A stretch of 64,000 bases of DNA, from contig JBAYKT010000003.1 in assembly GCA_041664445.1 (NCBI GenBank), positions 6,282 through 70,281 of the forward strand, given 5' to 3'. The stretch's first letter is position 1. Every line of letters starts with the position of its first letter. Positions 57,227 through 64,000 of this stretch are shown here, in pieces. The notes beneath the pieces are model-generated. The model was not told the origin of the DNA. It saw nothing but the letters and a program-made list of their open reading frames with translations, and made no database searches. This stretch comes from Patescibacteria group bacterium (GTDB lineage: Bacteria; Patescibacteriota; Patescibacteriia; Patescibacteriales; UBA12465). A program made the position numbers and the translations under genes.

Positions 57227-58462
57227 TTACTCGTGTCTTAAGGCCTCAATTGGATCCATTTTAGAAGCGTTAACCGCCGGTAAAACGCCAAAGCTGATAC
57301 CGATAATTGCCGAAACGCCAAAACCGATACCGATAGCATAAAGCGGCAGAACAAAAGTCCAGCTCAAACCGTTAGCTACCGCGACACTGGTTAGCACCCA
57401 GGTTAAAAAGGCGCCAAATAAAATCCCAATAACTCCGCCAATCAGGGTTACAACCACCGCTTCCACCAAAAATTCTTGTAAAATATTAGCATTTTTAGCT
57501 CCCAAGGCTTTACGCAGGCCGATTTCCGCTGTTCTTTCCGTAACCACGACATACATAATATTCATAATACCGACCCCACCGACAATTAAAGAAATAGCGG
57601 CAATCGCAATTAACAAAATGGTGATGCTGTCAAAAATAGTATTAATAATATCCATGAGCTGCTCCTGGGTCATAACTTCAAAATCATCTTTATCAGGATT
57701 AGTAATGTTATGATTGCGGCGCATTACATTTTTAATTTCCTCCGAAGTAACAGCACTCAAGTTATTATCCTGCACTTGAATAACGCCCTGGAGCAAATAA
57801 TTTATACCCAACATTTTTTTCTGAGCGGTGACCAAGGGCATATATATATAATCATCATTCCCGCCGCTAATCCCACTGGATGGTTCATAAACACCAATAA
57901 CCTGAAAATTTAAAGAACCAATTCGTAAAATTTTACCGACGGGATCATCTTGCTGAAAAAGTGAAGAAGCAATCTTATAACCGATAACCGCCACTTGAGC
58001 GCCACCAGCATCTTCGGCAGCCGTAAAGAATCTTCCCGCTTGTAATTTATTTTTATCAATTTCAAACATCGTAGCTGAAGTGCCAACATAAACAGCCGTT
58101 TTATGATTATTACGATAACTAGCGGCTGCTTGGCCCAAAACAATTCCATAATCATTAACCACGTTAGGAAGTTTTTTAATATCATCCAAATCGCGTTGCT
58201 TAAAACTGGTGATGGTAATACCGGAACTGACTTCATCTCGCGGACTATTATTTTTATTATTGGATGGAACTTTAGTTTGGATATAAAGCGTATTGGTTCC
58301 GAAAGTGTCAATTTCCTTATTGATTAATTCTCGAAAACCAGCGCCAGCCGACAACACTAAAATCACCGTCGCGATGCCAATCATAATTCCCAGGGTTGTC
58401 AAAAAAGTCCGCCCCTTATTGGCCAGCAATGCTTTAAATGCTTGTTGAATAGCGTTTAACAT
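57227..58462 (-). CDS. MacB-type ABC transporter permease (FtsX domain) 2
   Basis: N-terminal TM, large extracytoplasmic MacB_PCD-like domain, and three C-terminal TM with RTAEIGLRKALGA. Confidence 0.85.
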   Translation of the reverse strand: MLNAIQQAFKALLANKGRTFLTTLGIMIGIATVILVLSAGAGFRELINKEIDTFGTNTLYIQTKVPSNNKNNSPRDEVSSGITITSFKQRDLDDIKKLPNVVNDYGIVLGQAAASYRNNHKTAVYVGTSATMFEIDKNKLQAGRFFTAAEDAGGAQVAVIGYKIASSLFQQDDPVGKILRIGSLNFQVIGVYEPSSGISGGNDDYIYMPLVTAQKKMLGINYLLQGVIQVQDNNLSAVTSEEIKNVMRRNHNITNPDKDDFEVMTQEQLMDIINTIFDSITILLIAIAAISLIVGGVGIMNIMYVVVTERTAEIGLRKALGAKNANILQEFLVEAVVVTLIGGVIGILFGAFLTWVLTSVAVANGLSWTFVLPLYAIGIGFGVSAIIGISFGVLPAVNASKMDPIEALRHE

Positions 58463-58464
58463 AA

Positions 58465-59730
58465 TTATTCGTACCTTAAGGCGTCTATCGGATCAAGCTT
58501 AGCCGCCTTCATCGCCGGAAATAAACCAAAAACAATACCGGTTAAAATAGAAACACCGACTGATAATAAAATGGAGCTGACGGAAATTATAAAAGCCCAA
58601 TCATAATCTAATTTTTGCATTACCAGAGCAATTATATAAGAGATTAAAACCCCAATGATAATCCCAATAAAGCCGCCGAGACTGGTAAGTAAAACTGCTT
58701 CTAATAAAAATTGATTGCGGATTGCCTTTCTGGTAGCTCCGACCGCTTTCCGCAAACCAATTTCCCGGGTACGCTCGCCCACAGTCGCCACCATAATATT
58801 TAAAATCCCAATACCGCCGACAATTAAAGAAATTCCGGCCATGGCTACTAAAAATAAGCTGAGAGCATCGGTAATGGTTGATAGGACTTTAACCGCCTCC
58901 GCCTGATTGCGAATATCAAAATCTAAATCGGCATCGTTTAAAATATGATGTTGTTGTTTTAAGGTGGTTTTTATCGCCGCAATAGTAGAGTCAACATTGG
59001 CAGCATCGTCAACCTTAACATAAATAGAATTAAGATGATGGATTCCCAGAATTTGATTTTGACCAATAGCTAGAGGCAAAAAAATTAATCTGTCCTGATT
59101 TTGAAAAAAAGAAGAACCGCGCGGAGCGATAACGCCAATAACGCGCAAAGGAACGCCACCGGCATTTTCCTGGACAACACTCTTAACCTTAATTACTTGA
59201 CCAATAGGATTTACACCGGCCTCTTTAAAAAGCTCATCGCTGATTTCCGAACCGAGAATTACCACATTAGCCCCACCGGCGGTTTCCGCGGCGCTCATAA
59301 ACTGACCGGACTGCATTGTGAAATTAGCAATCTGGCTGTATTCCGAATCAGTTCCCGAAAAAGTAGTGTCTACCGTTTTATTATTCCAAGTAATCGTGGC
59401 TGCTCCGGAAACGGCGGCATTAACCGCGCTGGCATAAGGAACACGTCCTTTATCGCGCAAGGCCGTGGCGTCACTTTCCACTAAACTGGTAATTATTAGA
59501 CCCGGAATCGGAGCGCCGGAATCGGCTGTTCGACCAGGCATCACATATAATAAATTGCTGCCCAGTTTAGTCACCTGTCCCAAAATTAAACTCTGAGCGC
59601 CACCGCCGAGCGACATAATAATAATCACGCCGGCCACGCCGATAGTTATTCCTAAAATCGTTAAAATCGTGCGCCCTTTACGCGCCCGTAGATTTTTAAC
59701 AACTAATTTTACAATGGAAAGCGGTTTCAC
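58465..59730 (-). CDS. MacB-type ABC transporter permease (FtsX domain) 1
   Basis: Same architecture; RTREIGLRKAVGA motif. Confidence 0.85.
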   Translation of the reverse strand: MKPLSIVKLVVKNLRARKGRTILTILGITIGVAGVIIIMSLGGGAQSLILGQVTKLGSNLLYVMPGRTADSGAPIPGLIITSLVESDATALRDKGRVPYASAVNAAVSGAATITWNNKTVDTTFSGTDSEYSQIANFTMQSGQFMSAAETAGGANVVILGSEISDELFKEAGVNPIGQVIKVKSVVQENAGGVPLRVIGVIAPRGSSFFQNQDRLIFLPLAIGQNQILGIHHLNSIYVKVDDAANVDSTIAAIKTTLKQQHHILNDADLDFDIRNQAEAVKVLSTITDALSLFLVAMAGISLIVGGIGILNIMVATVGERTREIGLRKAVGATRKAIRNQFLLEAVLLTSLGGFIGIIIGVLISYIIALVMQKLDYDWAFIISVSSILLSVGVSILTGIVFGLFPAMKAAKLDPIDALRYE

Positions 59731-59749
59731 GAAATTATAATAATCTAAA

Positions 59750-60484
59750 CTATTTAATCAACTCCTTATCAGCCTCGGCAATAGTTCGATTTTTTACGGG
59801 ATCATCAGACAAAATATAACCGTCTTTGATTCTAATAATGCGCTTGGCGTGATTAGCAGTATCTGTTTCATGGGTAACCAGGATAATAGTCCGACCCTGA
59901 TTATTTAATTGTTGCAGTAAAAACATCACAGTATTTCCAGATTTGGAATCTAAATTTCCGGTCGGCTCGTCAGCAAAAATTACCGCCGGATCGCAAACCA
60001 AGGCTCGGGCAATCGCTACGCGCTGTTTTTCGCCACCGGAAATTTGGTTTGTATAGTAATTTAAACGATGTGATAAACCAACCGCGTCTAATGATTTTTT
60101 AGCCAGCTGCTCATGATTTTTTAACTTACTATAAGTTAATGGCAATTTAACATTATCTAAAACTGAAGTGCGCGGCAATAAATTAAAAGATTGAAAAACA
60201 AAACCAATCTCTTTATTGCGCAGTTCGGCTAAATAATTATCATTAAATTCATCAATATTTTGACCCTTAAATTCATAGATGCCAGAAGTTCCCCGTTCCA
60301 AAAAACTTAAAATATGCATTAAAGTTGATTTACCACTTCCCGACGGGCCCATGATTGCCACAAACTCGCCTTGATCGATTTTGAAATTAACGTCTTTCAA
60401 AACCGGGGTCACTACTTCACCGGTAACATATTCTTTTTTAAGATTTTTAACGGTTATTAAATTGGCAACGGCTTTCTTTTCCAT
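59750..60484 (-). CDS. ABC transporter ATP-binding protein (MacB/LolD class)
   Basis: Walker [10 protein letters not shown], signature [15 protein letters not shown], Walker [12 protein letters not shown]. Confidence 0.9.
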   Translation of the reverse strand: MEKKAVANLITVKNLKKEYVTGEVVTPVLKDVNFKIDQGEFVAIMGPSGSGKSTLMHILSFLERGTSGIYEFKGQNIDEFNDNYLAELRNKEIGFVFQSFNLLPRTSVLDNVKLPLTYSKLKNHEQLAKKSLDAVGLSHRLNYYTNQISGGEKQRVAIARALVCDPAVIFADEPTGNLDSKSGNTVMFLLQQLNNQGRTIILVTHETDTANHAKRIIRIKDGYILSDDPVKNRTIAEADKELIK

Positions 60485-60488
60485 TTGT

Positions 60489-62243
60489 TTATTTAATTAA
60501 AGTAACTATTTCTTGATTATCAGTTATCCCGCTTAAAACTTCCACTAAGCCGCCATCCGCCTGCAAGCCAGTAACGACCGGGACTTGATCAAAAGTTTTA
60601 GTTTGCGGATTATTAATTATGCGGACATATTGACCGCCATTTTGATTAATAATCGCACTACTCATAACCGCTAAAGCATTTTCTCGTTTAGCCACCATGA
60701 CGGTCATATTAGCGGTCATCCCCGGTTTAATGTCTGGCACATTTGGCAAATCGGCTTTCACTAAATAGTTAACCACGCCGGAAATTACCGTTGAGGCTGG
60801 ATCGATTGTTAAAATCTGGCCACTAAAATGCTGGTCCGGACCAAAGGCATCAAAAGTATAATCAACTGTTTGACCAATTTTTAAACTAGCAACATTAGAT
60901 TCACTAACATAAGCTTCGGTATGCAAAGCATTAATGTTTTGCAAAATAAAGACCGGTTGCATAGCCGTTGCTTGTTGGCCGACTTTAGTATCAATTCTGG
61001 TAATCGTGCCATCAGCCGGGGCTTTCAAAATCGTGTTTTCTAAAGCTGTCTGCGCTGCCTCTACCGATCCTTGAGCGGATAATAATTGCGCTTTAGCAGC
61101 ATTGATATCCGCCGGCTGAGCTTTAGCTTTTTGTTGGGCTAAGGTTGCTTGTGTTTGCTGCCAAGCGGCCTGAGCGCTATTTATTTGATTCTGAGCAGAA
61201 TTAATTTGTGAAGTCGCCGACTGTTTGGCGTTAGTCAAAGCGTTAGTCGCAGCTGTCAGCGCATCAGTCAAAGCTTGGCGTGAAGACTTAACTAAATTAA
61301 TACCGGAATTTTCGTTAGATAAGGCGGTATTAATAGTTAATTTATAAGCGTCTAACTGTGCTTGGCTAAACTGTGAACTGGTGATTGTATTTTGCAGAGC
61401 CGTATAACAATAGTTGAGAGCGCTGATATTTTGATTTAAAGCGGCCACAGCATCGTCAACTGCTTGATAGATATTGGCATCGCTCTTATAACCTTGAGCG
61501 GTTGCCAGACTGGCATTCGCTTTGGTTAACAAGGCTTGAACCTGGCTGTTTGCGCTCTTAAAATTGCTTAAACTGGAAGAGTCGGTAACACCAAAAACAT
61601 TTTCTAAATTATCATCATCCAAAATTTGCTTTTGCTTGTCTAAATCAGATTTCACTGCTACTAGCTGATTGGCGATATTAACCAAAATAGCCGAACGTTT
61701 ATTGTCGGAAGCAGATGTTGGGGATTGCAAATCGTCAAGAGTAAATTGGGCCTGGCTAATAGTTATATCTGAGGAAGCTTTAACGGTTGCTAATTGGCTA
61801 ACAGCATTTTCATAAGCCACTTTGGCCGAAGCGACTGCTTTTTCAGAAACATTAATTTGTTCCGGAGTCGATCCCGCTAAGACTCGCTGATAATTAGCTT
61901 GGGCTTGAGCCAATTGTCCGTTGGCGCTAGTCAAAGAGGCTTTAACATTAGCTTGGCTTAAAGTAGCGATTACATCGCCGGCTTTAACCGGGTCTCCGGT
62001 CTTAACCTTAATTTCCTGGACAACACCGCTAGCTTGGAAACTAAGACTTAAATTAGTTTCGCTAACTACTTGGCCGGTAGTCAAGACTGTTTGCTCCAAG
62101 TTTTGTCTGGTAACAGTGGCTGTAGAAATATTAGCGGCATTATTTTTCGGTTTTAGCTTGTAATAAGCGCCGCCACCGACAACCAAAAGGATGATAATGG
62201 TCCAAATGATCTTCTTTTTTGTAAAAACAGAACGAATACTCAT
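60489..62243 (-). CDS. HlyD/MacA-type periplasmic adaptor with an unusually long coiled-coil region
   Basis: N-terminal TM, lipoyl-like half motifs (GVVQEIKVKTGDPVKAGDVIATL ... ILKAPADGTITRI), and beta-barrel/MP domains at the C-terminus. About 300 aa of Ala/Gln/Ser/Thr/Asn-rich helix lie between the lipoyl halves. 584 aa. Confidence 0.8.
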   Translation of the reverse strand: MSIRSVFTKKKIIWTIIILLVVGGGAYYKLKPKNNAANISTATVTRQNLEQTVLTTGQVVSETNLSLSFQASGVVQEIKVKTGDPVKAGDVIATLSQANVKASLTSANGQLAQAQANYQRVLAGSTPEQINVSEKAVASAKVAYENAVSQLATVKASSDITISQAQFTLDDLQSPTSASDNKRSAILVNIANQLVAVKSDLDKQKQILDDDNLENVFGVTDSSSLSNFKSANSQVQALLTKANASLATAQGYKSDANIYQAVDDAVAALNQNISALNYCYTALQNTITSSQFSQAQLDAYKLTINTALSNENSGINLVKSSRQALTDALTAATNALTNAKQSATSQINSAQNQINSAQAAWQQTQATLAQQKAKAQPADINAAKAQLLSAQGSVEAAQTALENTILKAPADGTITRIDTKVGQQATAMQPVFILQNINALHTEAYVSESNVASLKIGQTVDYTFDAFGPDQHFSGQILTIDPASTVISGVVNYLVKADLPNVPDIKPGMTANMTVMVAKRENALAVMSSAIINQNGGQYVRIINNPQTKTFDQVPVVTGLQADGGLVEVLSGITDNQEIVTLIK

Positions 62244-62269
62244 AAATAGTATATTAATAGTTTAATTAA

Positions 62270-62302
62270 TATTAGTTTAGCAACTAAACTAATATTTGTC
62301 AA
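62270..62302 (-). promoter_or_regulatory. Promoter of the exporter operon with overlapping 11-bp inverted repeat (candidate MarR operator)
   Basis: Minus strand TTGACA (62297-62302)-N17-TAAACT (62274-62279). Perfect inverted repeat TATTAGTTTAG-caa-CTAAACTAATA at 62270-62294, covering the spacer and -10. Confidence 0.6.
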
Positions 62303-62303
62303 G

Positions 62304-62329
62304 AAAAAAACGGGAATTTCTTCCCGTTT
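62304..62329 (-). terminator. Rho-independent terminator after the rlpA-like gene
   Basis: ACGGGAA-tttc-TTCCCGT with a U-run on the minus strand (A-run 62304-62310 on plus). Confidence 0.75.
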
Positions 62330-62354
62330 CCAATCACTTAAAAGCTGAAAAGCT

Positions 62355-62768
62355 TTAATCCGTCAAATGATTAATCTTAACTCTAACTAAACCGAGCTTT
62401 AAAGAGGCTATTTTTTGAAAAGCTAGCCTGTCTAAATCAATCACTCGATTAGGATGTTTTCTTTTGTTCGGACCGTAATCGTTGACCATAACATCAACAA
62501 ATTTACCATTAGCCAGATTGGTAACCCGTAAAACTGAGCCTTTTTTAAAATAAGGCGAAGCAGCAAAGGCTCCATCCTTAAAATTATACCAGCTAGCGAT
62601 GCCGGTACTGGGCTTTTCCTGATTGGTTGACGATTGTTCGTCTTTAACAATCACTTTAGCGGGATTTAATCTAATCTCGCGGTCAAACGTTTCATTCGCC
62701 GGGGTTTTAACCAAACCCACAGCGGAGACCAAAAAAATTGCGGCCGTAAAAATAACTTTTCTAACCAT
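62355..62768 (-). CDS. RlpA-like double-psi beta-barrel protein (lytic transglycosylase-like)
   Basis: N-terminal TM/signal, GIASWYNF...GSVLRVTNLANGKFVDVMVNDYGPN...IDLDRLAFQKIA matches the RlpA DPBB core. Confidence 0.75.
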   Translation of the reverse strand: MVRKVIFTAAIFLVSAVGLVKTPANETFDREIRLNPAKVIVKDEQSSTNQEKPSTGIASWYNFKDGAFAASPYFKKGSVLRVTNLANGKFVDVMVNDYGPNKRKHPNRVIDLDRLAFQKIASLKLGLVRVKINHLTD

Positions 62769-62796
62769 TTTAAAAGATTTAATTTAACAAAGAACA

Positions 62797-62818
62797 AGGA
62801 GACATGAAAATGTCTCCT
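62797..62818 (-). other. Perfect 9-bp hairpin in the rlpA-like 5' region
   Basis: AGGAGACAT-gaaa-ATGTCTCCT, followed on the minus strand by a U-rich tract (uguucuuuguu). 29 nt upstream of the ATG. Confidence 0.4.
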
Positions 62819-62868
62819 GGGTACTACGCAATGATAACAATTTTCTTCAATAAAAATCAAGTAGTAAT

Positions 62869-62902
62869 AAAAACCCGCCAAATATGAAAATTTGACGGGT
62901 TT
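62869..62902 (-). terminator. Rho-independent terminator after purF
   Basis: AAACCCG.CAAAT-atgaaa-ATTTG.CGGGTTT, about 12 bp with one mismatch. A U-run follows on the minus strand. Confidence 0.65.
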
Positions 62903-62928
62903 AAAACCAAATTAAAAATTAATTAACG

Positions 62929-63999
62929 CTACTCGGCGATATTTTTGGGTGTTTCCGGATAAGCGCCCCCGAAACAGCCGCCGCAAATGCCGCCGCCATA
63001 AGTTTCAGCTACTACCTTATAAAGTCCAGGCACCTGTAAATAAATCAACTCGTCGGCACCGATTTCTTGTTTTATAAAGGCTAGACTGCGCTTATAAGCA
63101 ATCAATTGTCCGCGAGTTTGGAAATCCATACCATTAGGACAGACATTGATAATCGGCGGAAAGCAAACACAGAAGGTGACTTTGGTAGCCCCGGCCTGTT
63201 TAAGCATTTCCACAATTATTTTAGCCGTGTGACTGCGAACAATGGAATCGTCAACAACGATGACTTCTTTGCCGACAACCGCTTCTTTTTTTAAATGCAG
63301 TTTCTTTCGAACTACGGCGATTCGTTCCGCGGTACTTGTGGCCGTGAAAGAGCGTGATTGCCCGCCTAACGGCGAATGCGCTCTTTGAAAAGCTTCTTCA
63401 TATAAATCGCCATGATGGACTTGGAGCCGCGTGCTTAAAACATGCGCCAATCCTTGAGCGAAGTGCTTGCCGGAATCTAAAACCGGAACAACTAAATCAC
63501 CAGTAAGGTCGGGATTTTCCAAAACAATCTGTTCGCCGATTTTTCGACGAAAATCTTCGTTATAAATACCTTTGTATTTAGAACGCGGATTGGAAAAGTA
63601 GATGCTCTCAAAAATACAAAAGAACTCTTCCGGTTTAGCATACTTAATGCTTCGAAAATTCTCTTTCTTTTTTTCAAAAATAATCATCTCCCCGGCTTCA
63701 ACGTCGCGCAAAAATTCGGCTCCAGCAAATTGATCAAAAGATACGGTCTCTGAACAGACCATAAATCCCGAACCAAGCTTAGCCACACTTAAAGGGCGAA
63801 CACCATAACGGTCACGGATGGCAAAAACTTTGTCGCGCGTGATAATTAATAAAGAATAAGAGCAGGCGACTTTGTTCAAGGCGTAAAGAATAGCGTCTTC
63901 AACTTTTTTGGCGCCGGACGACAAAATTAAGTGGATTAAAATTTCGGTGTCCGACGTAGCGTCGAATTTACAGCCGCTCTGTTTTAGCTCGGCCTTCAA
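62929..63999 (-). CDS. purF: Amidophosphoribosyltransferase, C-terminal about 356 aa (N-terminus beyond window end)
   Basis: PRTase motif VIVVDDSIVRSHT, SDTEILIHLI, and C-terminal Cys ligands (...CVCFPP...C...GGICGGCFGG). Confidence 0.88.
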   Translation of the reverse strand: MKAELKQSGCKFDATSDTEILIHLILSSGAKKVEDAILYALNKVACSYSLLIITRDKVFAIRDRYGVRPLSVAKLGSGFMVCSETVSFDQFAGAEFLRDVEAGEMIIFEKKKENFRSIKYAKPEEFFCIFESIYFSNPRSKYKGIYNEDFRRKIGEQIVLENPDLTGDLVVPVLDSGKHFAQGLAHVLSTRLQVHHGDLYEEAFQRAHSPLGGQSRSFTATSTAERIAVVRKKLHLKKEAVVGKEVIVVDDSIVRSHTAKIIVEMLKQAGATKVTFCVCFPPIINVCPNGMDFQTRGQLIAYKRSLAFIKQEIGADELIYLQVPGLYKVVAETYGGGICGGCFGGAYPETPKNIAE

Positions 64000-64000
64000 A

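Noticed and set aside
57910-58311. 133-aa same-strand alternative-frame ORF inside permease 2. The antisense ORFs at 59101..59484, 21458..21826 and 26914..27252 fall in the same class.
   Set aside because: All are nested within strongly conserved genes (FtsX permeases, atpA, dnaK). None has motifs or independent start signals.
62804-62887. 27-codon plus-strand ORF (MKMSPGYYAMITIFFNKNQVVIKTRQI) between purF and the rlpA-like gene
   Set aside because: It is antisense to the local transcription direction. Its start and stop are created by the ATGA in two hairpin apices. No promoter or terminator is evident on the plus strand.

Overview
The window is a compact, low-GC, almost entirely coding stretch of bacterial chromosome. 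I saw no rRNA, tRNA, CRISPR array or mobile element by eye. Gene content, many domain fusions, shortened versions of core proteins and a general lack of Shine-Dalgarno sequences suggest a reduced-genome, CPR/Patescibacteria-like organism; this is inference. The standard genetic code applies, because TGA is used as a stop.

Main blocks, in order:
- 1-5.8 kb (+): a dTTP-synthesis operon of dCMP deaminase, a double-length ThyX-like protein, an extra P-loop kinase and a Tmk-dUTPase fusion, followed by gatB.
- 5.9-16.7 kb: miaA-miaB, then envelope genes. These are a GT-C/ArnT-like glycosyltransferase, two very large proteins of unknown function, mltG, an HxGH nucleotidyltransferase and uppP.
- 16.8-24.4 kb (-): a complete F1Fo ATP synthase operon (atpZ-BEFHAGDC) behind a near-consensus promoter. 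It ends in an extra gene carrying beta-carbonic-anhydrase zinc-site motifs.
- 24.5-30.7 kb (-): a heat-shock cluster of hrcA, DUF1653::grpE, hsp20, dnaK and dnaJ under one perfect CIRCE that overlaps its promoter. A 69-aa Cys/His-repeat protein and tatD follow.
- 30.7-39.3 kb: PBP2, an OmpR/HK two-component pair split by a mini-ORF plus terminator, a protein with two DDxxD motifs (isoprenoid-synthase-like), a GT2, and a TPR membrane protein.
- 39.4-47.2 kb: a self-contained orphan lipoprotein unit, an orphan trpB, the rrf2-sufCBDSU operon and trmH. trpB is preceded by a candidate leader-peptide attenuator.
- 47.2-64 kb (-): mgtA-type ATPase, AKR, DUF1003, a zur-znuACB operon running on into SGNH and AT3 genes, and a MacAB-like exporter with marR and an operator-bearing promoter. 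An RlpA-like protein and a partial purF close the window.

All functional calls rest on motif recognition by eye; no database search was possible. The most interesting candidates are the trpB leader/attenuator, the Cys/His-repeat mini-protein, the beta-CA-like gene at the end of the atp operon, the half-degenerate tandem ThyX, and the Tmk::Dut and DUF1653::GrpE fusions.
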